NCBI GenBank assembly: GCA_002633005.1
Contig: NMRA01000135.1
Location: 661,992-725,991, forward strand
Direction of reading: 5' to 3'
Length of the DNA: 64,000 nt
Origin: Phoronis australis
Lineage: Eukaryota > Animalia > Phoronida
Position 1 is the first letter of the stretch. Each line of letters opens with the position of its first letter. Under the pieces are notes generated by a model. The model worked only from the letters and a program-made list of their open reading frames with translations, was not told the origin of the DNA and ran no database searches. The position numbers and the translations under genes were made by a program. This document shows positions 51,226-64,000 of the stretch, one piece after another.

Positions 51226-51943
51226 AAAAAATTTTTTGCAGTAACAAAATGCTTCTGCAATTTATAAGTTTTTATAAAGTAGCTTTTTCTGAGTAGTATC
51301 CGATTTTAAATTAAAATTAATTGAAATCAATATTGCAGCCTGCCTGATTTTCCAAAAAAAATTAAGCACTATTTATTGTAATGAATAAGAGTGATGTTTT
51401 TATTATAATTCTTGTTTAACCTGAATTGTTACATTCCAAAGTATTTAACATTGACCTGTGCTGCGTGGTAATCTAATTATTGTTTTTGACTGGATAATTT
51501 TAATTGTTTTAGTCACTGAATTGGAGTTTTTGTATTTATTTTTAACTACAAATTAAAGCAACTGAAATATACAATTTGTTTCTACAGGCATGTTCTTGTC
51601 TTTGTATGGCATTGCAATCGTTACACCTGAACTACTTAGTAAACAATTTATACCTTACTCTGCAACGTACTTGAATCTGGATTTTTTGTTGCTTGGTCTG
51701 ATCAATGCTTGACAGCGCTGATCATGGTTAGATCATAAGGGCCTTTATGGAAACAGGTAATGAGAGCTTTTCCAGACATTAGGCTCAGTTCATGACTGTA
51801 AGTAATGTCCAATCCAGTCTTGTTAACAACTTATCTCATTGATCCTGTTTGGTGTAACCTTTGTTCACTTGGTGTCGCTGTTATCATTATGCTGCAGCTG
51901 ATAAGATAAGGCATGGTTGACCTGTGCTCACCTTAAGTTGCAC

Positions 51944-51971
51944 CATAGATACTCGTAAAGTATAGTCTATG
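51944..51971. mobile_element. 28-bp P-superfamily-like remnant or footprint with 7-bp TSD
   Basis: CATAGATAC..GTATAGTCTATG, flanked by GTTGCAC at 51937-51943 and 51972-51978. Confidence 0.6.
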
Positions 51972-53506
51972 GTTGCACCTGAGATGTGTAAGTCTGTTAA
52001 GTTAGCAAAAGTTATTGTGCTTAAGATACCTAAAGGTAAAAACCAGTATTAAGTAAAAGATAACTATTCTAGTAGGGGGAAGAACACAGTCAGCTGTCAG
52101 GTAAACATAACTTAATGACAATAGAGAGGGAATTATTATCCCCTAAAGTATTGTGCATCAGGTTGAAGAGGTGGAAGCTAAATGTCTGTCGCACTTGTTA
52201 ACATTTATAAGCATGGCTCACGCACCTGGTAAATTCAGTTCACCGACTAACCAGCAAACCAAACGGATTTACAGACCACAGTTTACGTTGTGATGTGAAC
52301 CCATGTTTGGGGACAAATTAGTGTTGGGAGCATAAGGCATTTTGTGGGTGAGGCACCATGACTGGCTGATCGGTGTTTATGAGTCCGAGCAAGGGTTTGG
52401 GAATTGGTGAACTGAGTATATCAGGCCCAACAGCCAAGCTTAAAAGTGAGTAAAAAGTTCAGGAGTGTGATAGCCAGCTGTTTTCACCTTGTCAGTAAAA
52501 GGGGCATTAAACGAGCTTTCTGTGAAAAACGATTTTTAGAAATGGTCTTAACTTATTCCTTAATGTGATTAGTAGGCCGATATATGGACTTGTGAAGAAC
52601 AGTTTGTTACTTCTTAAGACCAAACTCACAATGACCTCAAACTTCATGAGCTTGGTGTGAAGAAACAAGGAACTGCCAGTTCCTCCCGAGCCCAGAGATC
52701 ACCTCTAAACTGAGTAAGAAACAAGACCAATTTCACAATCTTGGGAGGCCTACACAGAAAGCACGCTGTGAGTTATGCCACTAGAGAAGTTGCGAGCACA
52801 ATCCTGCATGCATTTGCCAGCGAGATGTAAAATTTTTCCCATCAATACTGTAAGATTGCAATGTCAACTTTTTGCATAGAGGTGTGAAATTCAAGAGTAC
52901 AGGTGGAATTAATGGACGTAGCAATACATGGTTTCAAATGAAATAGACCACTCATGGTCTCTCTTATAGGGAAGGCTAAATGTACTTAGCCGGCCAGGCT
53001 CCCTCTGGGATGACAACCCTAGCTTGCCTCCGTAGGGGCTGTGAAGGGGACAGTCCTGTTTCAGTCCTAGGAGCAAGTGGCAGTAGCCCCTGGCTTTGTC
53101 TATTTATTTATTTTTTTTCCATCGCTATGTGTTAGTGCTAAGTGAATTATGGCTACTGCTGTAATATATTCAAAGGCAGCAGGGACAGTTTGGTCATGCC
53201 GTGACATGTTTTATCTTAGTGCAACTTCTGTGCCAGAACTCAAAGCCTAACATATTGTGTCCTAAATTAGTGAGATTTTGCTGTTGATACCAGGCACAAA
53301 TCCTGAAGCTTCAGGACCGCACCTGCTCCAGCGCTATTTTACTAAATTAAATCCAGAATGATCACACATCCATGCCTGAGTACAGCTAAGCATCCAGTTA
53401 ATAAACTGTTTAAAATTAACATTTGCCGTCTCTTCTCTTTAGCGTTGGTTGCCTTTGACAGAGTTTCTGTATTACTGACCAAGAGCTAGTACTCCCGATA
53501 GCCATC

Positions 53507-55234
53507 ATGTCCGACACCTCTCTGGAAACTTCGGAAATTACTAAAGAGTTTTTACTCGACGTGATCAAGGCATCGCATACACAAAAGGACATCAAAATCA
53601 CCCACTACAGTGTGGACCTAGCAAACTCAACAGGTGAGATGGGGACAAACTATTGTTTTCACATCAGCGAGGGTGTGTGCAAGAAAAAATGTGCTTGCAC
53701 TCCTTAATTGTGTCCCTGAGGCCACACAAATGCCCTGCCTCTCTCAAATCGTACTGATCACAAAGGATTTTCCCATTGTCAACAATTTTGTCTAACAAAC
53801 AAATCACACCTGTTTGCGGTGCAAAAACAACCATTTGTCATCCGGAATTGTCACTATTTGCCAAATCTAAACTAAAAATTATAGGGGAAGGCTGTACCAA
53901 TCCACATACTAATACATATTTCTATCATGATGCGAGATAATACTTTTTATTAGCATCATTTCTCCAAAGGTTCACAAGCCATTGCAAATACATTTTCAGC
54001 TTATGAAGAACTGACGTGGAAATTGCATGTTGTTGAAGCATTGTGTATAGAAGCATCTTGGTAACTAAGGAGTATTTGTCTTTTAGGGAAAAACTTCATC
54101 TGCACTGTTTTTCGTGCCAAAGTGACATTCACATTGAATTCCTGCGAAACCGAACACGACGAATTCATCATCAAGGTTGTGCCCCACAATGCAATGAGCA
54201 GGAAGTTTGCTTTAGAAGAGAACCGCGTGGTTGAGAAGGAGAGAAATGCATACACTGTCTTGTTACCAAAGATGAATGCCAACAGGGGTCACCTCAGTGC
54301 TCTGTCGGTACCTAAGTATTACTTCAGCAAAATCACACAAGATTCAGGAGTTGTTGTCCTGGAAGACCTCTGCAAGTTTGGTTATCAACTGGGAGACATT
54401 AGTCAGGGTTTTGACTTGGACCACTGCAAACTGGTGATGGAAGAAATTGGAAAGTTTCATGCACTCTCGTACGCAGTGAAAGACGACTACTTAAACGATA
54501 CGAGTGGTGAATTGAGAGATATGGGTCGAGAAAGCAACTTCACTGAATATGTCAAGGGTGTGTTCTCCTGTGTGTTGAGGGAAGGAGTGAAATCTGCATT
54601 TTCACTGGCATATCCGATAATAAACGACAAGGAGACCTGCGAGCGTTTGGAAAAGTTCTTGGAAAGCACCGACGTGTATGATGTCTTGGTGGATGGCCTA
54701 AAACCTCGCGAGCCGTACGCCACGCTATGTCACGGAGACTACTGGGCAAACAACATAATGTTCCGATACGAGACACGAGATGGCACCACAGCACCAGTCC
54801 AGATGAAAATGATTGACTTCCAGTTCGTTCGCTATGCACTCCCAACCTCTGACCTGGTGTGGTTCTTCTACACAAGCACAACACATGAACTGCGTCAGAA
54901 TCACCAAACCAAACTACTTAGGTTATACCACGAGTCGCTTACAGCAGCTCTAAAGAGCCTAAACAGACCAGACCTGGGGTTTACTTTTGATACCTTGCTA
55001 GAACTATACCATCAATCCTCGCTAGCAGGGGTTGTGTTCGCTAGTTTTGTCCTGGGATCTGTACTCACTGAATCTGTCGATGATGTTGTACTGAATGATG
55101 CCCATACTCCTGAGGACTACGTGAAGCTGTCCAAGGAAATGAACAAGAAAATGACGAAGACTCGGGATAATACTAACATGGTTAACAGAATACATGGCGT
55201 GATCTTAGACGCACTGGACATGAAAATTGTGTAG
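53507..55234 (+). CDS. Ecdysteroid-kinase-like (EcKL/DUF227, choline-kinase-like fold) protein, 424 aa, 2 coding exons
   Basis: Exon 53507-53633 (G|gtgaga) plus exon 54087-55234 (ttttag acceptor). Motifs: GKNF.C.V.R, IIKV, E..AY, VPKYY, VLEDL...GY, IGKFHALS, LCHGDYWANNIMFRY, MIDFQFVRY, DLVWFFY, LLRLYHESL. Confidence 0.93.
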
Positions 55235-55817
55235 TTTATTTACTAATATCTGGTATTAAGTGTACCATCTTAGTCTGTTACTTTTCATATAAAACCAGCT
55301 GATATATAATAATCAAGATTTATTACAATAAGTTAAAGTTTCACATTGCTATTAAACATTAAGTATACTAGAAATAAATCTGACACATTCAAACGTCAGT
55401 GAAATGTTCCGGGCTTGATTGCTTGCATGTGAGTACATGATTATGTAAATATCATTTGATCGAACAAATAATTAGCTATTCTTGAAAAACTTGATGAAAG
55501 TGCCATATGTGTTATAGAATAATAATGAGCATGTCGCCACCTGGACACCAAAATATGTCGTGAAGTGTAACAAAATTGAACATCAAGACGATACTAAATT
55601 AATAAAAGGAAGTCAACTCTAATAAACATGACTTGTATAGTTCTGAATCACAGATATGTGACTTTACATCTCGATGCTAGAGCGAGCTTACCGTTTGGAT
55701 GAAATTCATACACGGTAAAGCACGTTGTGAATTTTTACATTAACATCAGCCTTGTGCTTAATTATCAAAAACAATTTGCTGATCGCGTCAAAAATCACGT
55801 TATCGCATTTGCATTTN

Positions 55818-57780
55818 ACTATTTGCCAAATCTAAACTAAAAATTATAGGGGAAGGCTGTACCAATCCACATACTAATACATATTTCTATCATGATGCGA
55901 GATAATACTTTTTATTAGCATCATTTCTCCAAAGGTTCACAAGCCATTGCAAATACATTTTCAGCTTATGAAGAACTGACGTGGAAATTGCATGTTGTTG
56001 AAGCATTGTGTATAGAAGCATCTTGGTAACTAAGGAGTATTTGTCTTTTAGGGAAAAACTTCATCTGCACTGTTTTTCGTGCCAAAGTGACATTCACATT
56101 GAATTCCTGCGAAACCGAACACGACGAATTCATCATCAAGGTTGTGCCCCACAATGCAATGAGCAGGAAGTTTGCTTTAGAAGAGAACCGCGTGGTTGAG
56201 AAGGAGAGAAATGCATACACTATCTTGTTACCAAAGATGAATGCCAACAGGGGTCACCTCAGTGCTCTGTCGGTACCTAAGTATTACTTCAGCAAAATCA
56301 CACAAGATTCAGGAGTTGTAGTCCTGGAAGACCTCTCCAAGTTTGGTTATCAACTGGGAGACATTAGTCAGGGTTTTGACTTGGACCACTGCAAACTGGT
56401 GATGGAAGAAATTGGAAAGTTTCATGCACTCTCGTACGCAGTGAAAGACGACTACTTAAACGATACGAGTGGTGAATTGAGAGATATGGGTCGAGAAAGC
56501 AACTTCACTGAATATGTCAAGGGTGTGTTCTCCTGTGTGTTGAGGGAAGGAGTGAAATCTGCATTTTCACTGGCATATCCGATAATAAATGACAAGGAGA
56601 CCTGCGAGCGTTTGGAAAAGTTCTTGGAAAGCACCGACGTGTATGATGTCTTGGTGGATGGCCTAAAACCTTGCGAGCCGTACGCCACGCTATGTCACGG
56701 AGACTACTGGGCAAACAACATAATGTTCCGATACGAGACACGAGATGGCACCACAGCACCAGTCCAGATGAAAATGATTGACTTCCAGTTCGTTCGCTAT
56801 GCCCTCCCAACCTCTGACCTGGTGTGGTTCTTCTACACAAGCACAACACATGAACTGCGTCAGAATCACCTCACCAAACTACTGAGGTTATACCACGAGT
56901 CGCTTACAGCAGCTCTAAAGAGCCTAAACAGACCAGACCTGGGGTTTACTTTTGATACCTTGCTAGAACTATACCATCAATCCTCGCTAGCAGGGATTGT
57001 GTTCGCTAGTTTTGTCCTGGGCTCTGTACTCACTGAATCTGTTGATGACGTGGTACTAAATGATGCCCAGACTCCCGAGGACTACGTGAAGCTGTCCAAG
57101 GAAATGAACAAGAAAATGACGAAGACTGGGGATAATACTAACATGGTTAACAGAATATATGGCGTGATCTTAGACGCACTGGACATGAAAATTGTGTAGT
57201 TTATTTACTAATATCTGGTATTAAGTGTGCCATCTTAGTCTGTTACTTTTCATATAAAACCAGTTGATATGTAATAATCAAGATTTATTACAATAAGTTA
57301 AAGTTTCACATTGCTATTAAACATTAAGTATACTAGAAATAAATCTGACACATGAAAACGTCAGTGGAATGTTTTGGGCTTGATTGCTTGTATGTGAGTA
57401 CATGATTATGTAAATATCATTTGATCGAACAAATAATTAGCTATTCTTGAAAAACTTGATGAAAGTGCCATATGTGTTATAGAATAGTAATGAGCATGTC
57501 GCCACCTGGACACCAAAATATGTCGTGAAGTGTAACAAAATTGAACATCAAGACGATACTAAATTAATAAAAGGAAGTCAACTCTAATAAACATGACTTG
57601 TATAGTTCTGAATCACAGATATGTGACTTTACATTTCGATGCTAGAGCAAGCTTACCGTTTGGCTGAATTCAAACACGATAAAGCACGCTGTGAACTTTT
57701 ACATAAACATCAGCCTTGTGCTTAATTATCAAAAACAATTTGCCGATCGCGTCAAAAATCACGTTATCGCATTTGCATTT
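55818..57780 (+). repeat. Tandem duplicate of 53853-55816 (intron end, EcKL terminal exon, 3' flank)
   Basis: Near-identical unit at an offset of 1965 nt. The junction base 55817 is an N. Confidence 0.95.
56052..57199 (+). CDS. Second intact copy of the EcKL terminal exon, with no private exon 1
   Basis: Same acceptor and an open frame, with 8 aa differences from copy 1. It may be an alternative last exon or an uncollapsed haplotype. Confidence 0.55.
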
Positions 57781-58006
57781 TTACACACTTGAGCCAAACC
57801 GATTAAACAAAAACTTTATTATACAACAATTCTAGTTTCAGAATACACAGCAAGTTGGATGCATGAAGGACAGAGTTTTGGTTTTGGTTAACTCAAAGTT
57901 CTGTTGTATAGTTCTGGTTCCTGCATCTAACCCTTCTGGGTTGCATTGAACCTGACTTGTGCGCATTTTACCGAATGACTGATACTTTGGACCAAGTATT
58001 TGGAAG

Positions 58007-61000
58007 TTAAAACTCATCATGTTGCTCATCACGGACCCTGACTATTATTTTGCCCAGGTTTTTATTGGACTCCATGTATGCGTGTGCCTCTCCAATGTTC
58101 TGTAGACTAAACTCACTGTCAATTATTGTCTTCAGTTGGCCGCTGGTGATGGCAGGTAATATCTCATCGGTGAACCTCTGCACCAGACCAGCCTTGTACT
58201 GTAAAATGAACATAAATGTAAAATGGCAAGGAAATGTGGACTGATTTATTTTCTAATAGTAGTCGCCATTTATTTGAAATGAACAAAATGAGCAAAGTCC
58301 ACAATTTTATATCTGGTCCTAATGTTTACATAAAAAGCATGCGCACTTGAATCTAGTTTTTTGCCTGTGATGGACATGGTAGTCTGACATACTGGAATAT
58401 ATTTAATAATATTTTTACTCTGTGTTGTTATTTTTCTAACATTGGCATTTGAGAAATATATAGAGAAATGTCTCCTGATGTAAAAGTTTTTCATGAATGT
58501 GAAAATTTGAAGAAAAAGATCTGCAACAATCACTAAAGTCATGTTTTTAGTGAAATAAATAAGTGCAAATTACCGTGTTGAAGTAAGCTCAAAATGTATT
58601 TCAGAACTCCAATGAAGGCAATGTATATGGCTTTAGCAAGCACAGATCATACCTCGCGAGACCTTGTTCTCAGTGTCGTGCCAGTGATCGTTAGTCTTTT
58701 ACGAAGTATCTTGAGTAAAATGTCCCCAGAAACTTCACCTCCACCTGTTAATTAATTATACTCGTGGTATGTGGTATGTATCATCAACCTAAATTACCTT
58801 AATTACACTGTCTGTAAGCATCATGGGTGGCGCACCATAGGAGGCTGGGGGGTCTATAGCCCCGCCACTTTTTTCAGTGCTACGCCGCACATGGTCTATA
58901 TGCAGTGCACCACAGGGGGGGCTGAGGGGCTTTAGCCCCCCACTTTTTTCAGTGCTGCGCCGCCCATGAGCATGTCTAAACATTCCACATATTATACTCC
59001 TAGTTAATTTTATACATGAAAGTAGCTATAAATCTGCCTTCTGTCAAAAAATAACTTGATTTAAACCCCTTTCGGCAGTAAATCTGGCCCCAACTTATCC
59101 CTTACTTGGGGAAGAGACGATTTTTGGGCTAGGAAAAAGCTTACAATTCATACTTGCTTGAGGTCAGGCTCAATAAATTGCCTTCAGTGTAATGGCACGT
59201 CATTTCATGAGACTAGCACGGTCTCAAGTCCAGCCAAATCGTGAGCTCGTACTGCATGAGATCAGGCTCAACAAATTGGCAGGGTGTGACATGTCATTAC
59301 ATGTGGCTCGGTGTGACATGCTATTACATGCAACGAGCAATGAGCAAGGGTCTTGGGCACTACTGCACTAACTATTCTTCCATAGCCCAGAAATCATTCT
59401 TCATACACATAAAGAACACTTTGAGAACACTTTCATGAAAGGAATGTGGTCGAAAACAAAAGTTAGTTTGAAGACCAAGGGTAGTTTATTGCCAAAAAAT
59501 ATGAGTGCAATGGCATCGTTAACAAAGGAATGAAACTGGAATAACGAACAGTATGTGACGTGTTTTTTGTAATTAAAGCAAAAGTGAAATACACATTCCG
59601 GCAACTAGCACAAACATTTTGAGTTGTACACTGTACCGTGTGCAGGCAACATGCAAAACAGTATGTGAGCATCGTGGTCTTACCCATTAAGCCATAAATT
59701 ACCCATCTTCCATCAGTAGCCAGCACTTCCACATTTTGTCCATAGAAGGTGCTGCCAACACAGTCGAGGACTAAGTTGACCCCTTTACCTATAGAATGAA
59801 AAACAAAACTGTCCATGATAGTCCATTAGTATCCACAACCACTGGCTGCATTGTCTGCACAACATACACATAAGTGACTATCATTTAGTTTGTGTAAAGT
59901 CTAATGCAAGCTACCCAGTATAAGCACAATGAAATAGGTCTCAAAATTGAAAATCAGTCAAAAAATCAACGTACAAACTATGCTCCACATAACACAAAAA
60001 CAAACATCTCCAAGATTTGAAAAAGAAAGAAATTTGACTTAGATTTCAAATTAACTTTCAATTATTCACAAATTCAGTAAACAAAGAAACCGGTAGTGGC
60101 ATGCTCACTGCAGAATAGAAAGCTCCTGTTCAGTCAGTGATTAAAATCGAATTATGCCTTTACTCTCATAAAATCAGTCCGATAATATTCCCTACCATGA
60201 CAGGGTAACATTTCTCATACCAACAAGAACATCAGAATCCTCAATAGCTCGAGAAAATGCTCCAGGGGTAGGGTTTGGCCAACCCTAAAATTGCGAATTC
60301 AAATACGGCGCCTGTATAAACACTACCTATGACTTGCATTGATAATGGAATTAAAATCCCACCATGATAAGGATTGAGACTATATTTAGTTCCATTTAAG
60401 TGATGAAAAATATTGAGTAAAGACACTTTTTGGTCTTTACTCAATATTTTTCATGTTAAGAATTAGACTGGTTTGATAATGGTAAAAGGTCTAATTCAAA
60501 TTTCGGTTTAAGCCAGCAAAACTTGAAATGGGGCAAAATGTAGCTCATAACACTGGAAAATCATATAACAAAGCTTAATGTATATTCATTATTATCAATA
60601 TTCACAGATTAATGTAACATGCAAGGTTCTTAATACCACCATTCTTCCTTAACAAACAAAGACTAGATGATCAGTTTAAAACTGCTCTATTAAACTTTCA
60701 CTTTAAGCATGAGTTGAGTTCTGTACCAAAGCTTCAGTGTTCAAAAACATGACAGCCCAAGCAATCCCAAAATGGTGTTGAATGAGTCGGTAAGTAAACT
60801 TCTAAACATTGCACATGAGCAACAGAGTATCTGTCCAGGGGTTTCCAGTCATTCACTTTGTCCGTGTTATCTTCCTAAAATAATCATATGTGAACAGAAC
60901 GTCACGACTCAATAACTAGGTCAACTGTGGTCATCAGTCTTATGTACTCGTGGAAAAGTTGCGTAGCTTATTTTTTAATAAAAATCTTTGCGTTTTACTT

Positions 61001-63632
61001 TAAATAATTTGTATATTGTGACAGCCACCAATTCCAATAAAATCCACCATCTTGTGAGAGATGTATTCGACCTGTTGAGAGCTTGCACGTTCTTCTTGGT
61101 AAGAGAAAACAAGTCCGATCATAGTGAGGAAATTTCGAGTCTAAAACCCTTATTAGACTGCATTTTAGCCAGCTAAACTGGGCGAAATGCACTTTTTAGT
61201 ATTACCCATGGTTGCATCCAGCACAGGCTGAGCGAATGATGTCTGTTTGTAATTCACCACAACATCAGCACCTAACTCCCTTGCCTTGTCCAGTTTGGCC
61301 GAAGTACCAGCAGTGACCAGCACTTGAGCTCCAGCCATTTTAGCAAGTTGTATGGCTGCAGTACCCACGCCACTACCACCAGCGTGAATAAGAACAGAAT
61401 CGCCTGCTTGCACCTTACCTGTAAATTACACATTTTGAGACTTTCAACCTGTTTTCCTGCGAACTTAAAACATAACAGAACCTTGTTATCATGATTGTGT
61501 GTGGCCAGCTAAAATTAGGCTAGTTGTAAAGCGAAGTCGATCTATTAACAGCCAGTTTTTAAGAGTTGGCTGTGTCTACTGGACTATTGTTCTGGTCAAT
61601 GCAGGGCAGTACCTGATGTTATCAGTCCTTGCTAGACTAGCTATCACAAAGCCTGGTCTTCAGCCAAGAGCCGAAAGAGAGCAAGCACACAGGCTAGGCA
61701 AGTGACTTATCATACATTTTCCAATTCATTGAAAAGTGCCAGGAATTTCCATGAAGGGACCCACTGTAGAAGTCAAAAGTATAATATCGCACAAAATCAC
61801 AGGAATTCATTCTTATGCTCTACCACCATCGGGGAATTTCAGGTCATTTTGTCAGACCATTTCTGCGATGGGATGAAGTACCAACTAGAGATTGCCATTA
61901 TGAAGCACTTGCCCACAAGATGGAGAAGTTGAAAAGCTGTCAACCAAACCTCAGGTATAGCAGCGGCTTGTGCGAATGACATGGCATCTGAGAGCGGCAT
62001 AACTAGGTCTTCGTGCACAGCCACAAATTCAGCATTGCCACCTCCTGAGAACAAGAACAAAAGACGAAAGTTTCGAAAGGATAACTGCATCACTGCAAAT
62101 CTTCAATATTGCCTTGTGTTGACTGATGTACAGAGTTATGTATTGAGTTTCCAACAGATGTTTACTAGTTCCGGCAGCACTTAAAATGTAGAAGTTTTAC
62201 TCATGTGTTGCTAGGATGTCTAACCCTTAGCATGTATAAATAATTTTGTTACGTGTGTTTTAGCTACTCTGCTCTTGTTTGTTTCAATGCTGATTACTTT
62301 GACAATACAGTTGTTTTATTTGGTTTTATACACATCGTACACCAACGGCGTTGCATACAGTACAACCAGGTTTTACAAGAAGAGCTCACTAGAGTCTTAT
62401 CTTTATAGGCTAAAGGCATAAGTTGTAAAGTATCCCACTAAAGTATACAGAGTTTAATGTTAATTCATTTAAGCATTCTAATCACAAAACTGCACATATT
62501 ATGGTAGATGTCTTACAATTAAAATTTTGTAAGGATCAGAATTTAACTTAATTCCCACAACAGGGATTGTATAAGTCTCGTTTTCGAAATTTCATAAGAA
62601 AAGTTTACAAACCATTTAACAATGCCATAACTTTGTCTCCAACTTTCCATTTCTTGCTACAGCCAGCATGAAGGTCAACGACGACACCAGCAGCTTCTAG
62701 TCCCAGAATAGCGGACTCCCCAGGGGGTGGGGGGTAGCGTCCTTGTCGCTGAAACAAGATAGCATGTGAACCAATGTGTTGTGTCTAAACCGAACAAGAT
62801 GATGAAAGAATAACTATCAGGAATTCATAATTATGAGCCACAATTTTTTGCCTGCACTGAGTTACCGTGACTAGTTGTCTAACCAACTCCAATCAGGCAA
62901 GCAGACGTCTGTTGGGAGACCTCAGCTTGGTCCGCAATTTGGTCGTCACTTTGGGTCAGAAATTTGAAACAAACTCAAATGGTGAGTATTTTTTTAATTC
63001 TAGTGCATGCACAATAGGAACGTTTCATTGTTTTAAAAAGTCAAATTGATGACAATCTAAAACAAACGCTGGACGTTGCCACGGCAACAGGTGGTTTTAA
63101 AGGGAATGTTGAAGAGCATGCATCAAGGTTGAAACTGCAGTCCTGTGTGGTCTGCTGGCAGTCTGCTAGCCAATCAGTTGGCTATTTTCCCACTGCACGT
63201 TGACCAGTCACCAACTTGTTTCTGAATAAAGGTCAAACTGTTCGTGACCAGTGTACTGTAATACATGTGGTCATCAATATATTGCAACTTGCTTTTTCAT
63301 CAATACACAGGAGATTTAATGACACCATCATGCTATGTATCATGCAGCCATGAAGGAGAGAATCCTCAATTCCCAAAATAGACATTTTACAATACAATCA
63401 GACTTATGTGGTCATTTGAAAAATTTTTGTCCCATGGAAATTCAATATGTAAAGCTTTGATTGCAGAAATAATACTGAAAGAGTTGAACACACTTACTTG
63501 CAATGTATCTGCCCTATTAAGAGCAGACGTATATACCTTGATCATCACTTCACCGGATCGCAAATTAGGAAGAGGGACATTTTCAGTGAACATACCCTCT
63601 GGACTTCCAGGTTTGAACCCTGCAGCTAACAT
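58007..63632 (-). CDS. TP53I3: Quinone oxidoreductase PIG3 (MDR/zeta-crystallin family), 334 aa, 7 exons
   Basis: Exons 63632-63498 ([10 protein letters not shown]), 62748-62613 ([21 protein letters not shown]), 62044-61913 ([24 protein letters not shown]), 61418-61206 ([17 protein letters not shown]), 59788-59684 ([10 protein letters not shown]), 58744-58653 (GTTLRTRS) and 58198-58007 ([15 protein letters not shown]); total 1005 nt. Confidence 0.95.
58822..58968. mobile_element. Dimeric mini-MITE with 5-bp TSD
   Basis: CATGGGTGGCGCA..TGCGCCGCCCATG termini, two ~70-nt internal units, and AGCAT duplicated at 58817-58821 and 58969-58973. Confidence 0.75.
61419..61912 (-). other. GC-AG intron 3 of TP53I3
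   Basis: Donor GTGG|GCAAGT and acceptor TTACAG|GTAAG. This is the only junction I found that keeps LLHLVGKVQAGD in frame. Confidence 0.85.
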
Positions 63633-64000
63633 GGTTTGGGGGAGCTGGAAATTGATGTACAAAATGGTTGAGCAATGTTTTCAAAAAAATAACAACAAAT
63701 AATATTTTAAGAATTCTTCAAATAGTTAAAATTTTACGAATATAAATATTATAGCGTCTGTGCAAATTGTATAAAGACGTGTTCATGAAACTAGTGCAGA
63801 GATTAAAATATCAAACTATGAAAACTAGAAAAAACAATTAGGCTTACACACATAAGGTAACACGAACTAGACTAGGTGGGCATTTTAGACCACTGAGGTA
63901 GACCATTCAACGTGACTCAGATTGTAAATTACATAACTCGTAATCAGGCCGCAGTGGCAGATCTACGGGGGGGGGGGGGGTCAGGGGGTTTAAACCCCCC

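Noticed and set aside
54001-56849. Antisense and overlapping ORFs around the EcKL exons
   Set aside because: They are shadows of the real coding exon and are duplicated along with it.

Overview
This is AT-rich, intron-dense animal genomic DNA, probably from an invertebrate; the species cannot be determined from the sequence. Most ORFs in the supplied track are spurious, so I assembled the genes by hand from splice sites and reading frame. Conserved genes: PSMB6 (-, 6 exons), SNRPE (-, 5 exons, U12 intron 1), CAPS2 (+, 18 coding exons, head-to-head with SNRPE), an ecdysteroid-kinase-like (EcKL) gene (+) whose last exon is duplicated in tandem across an N, and TP53I3 (-, 7 exons, one GC-AG intron). 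The most novel item is a diverged tandem pair of small spliced genes at ~15.0-16.1 kb and ~21.1-22.1 kb (-) that I could not assign to any family. Both encode a PPxY motif, conserved EECWDxG and KKSTWHFEI blocks, and a C-terminal proline-kinked hydrophobic anchor; one also has PSAP. This is the motif logic of NEDD4/ESCRT-I adaptors. Also present: a minimal hammerhead ribozyme motif, a decayed L1/Tx1 fragment, tRNA-derived SINEs, and many MITEs with 3-, 5-, 6- and 7-bp TSDs. All calls are by eye, with no database searches.
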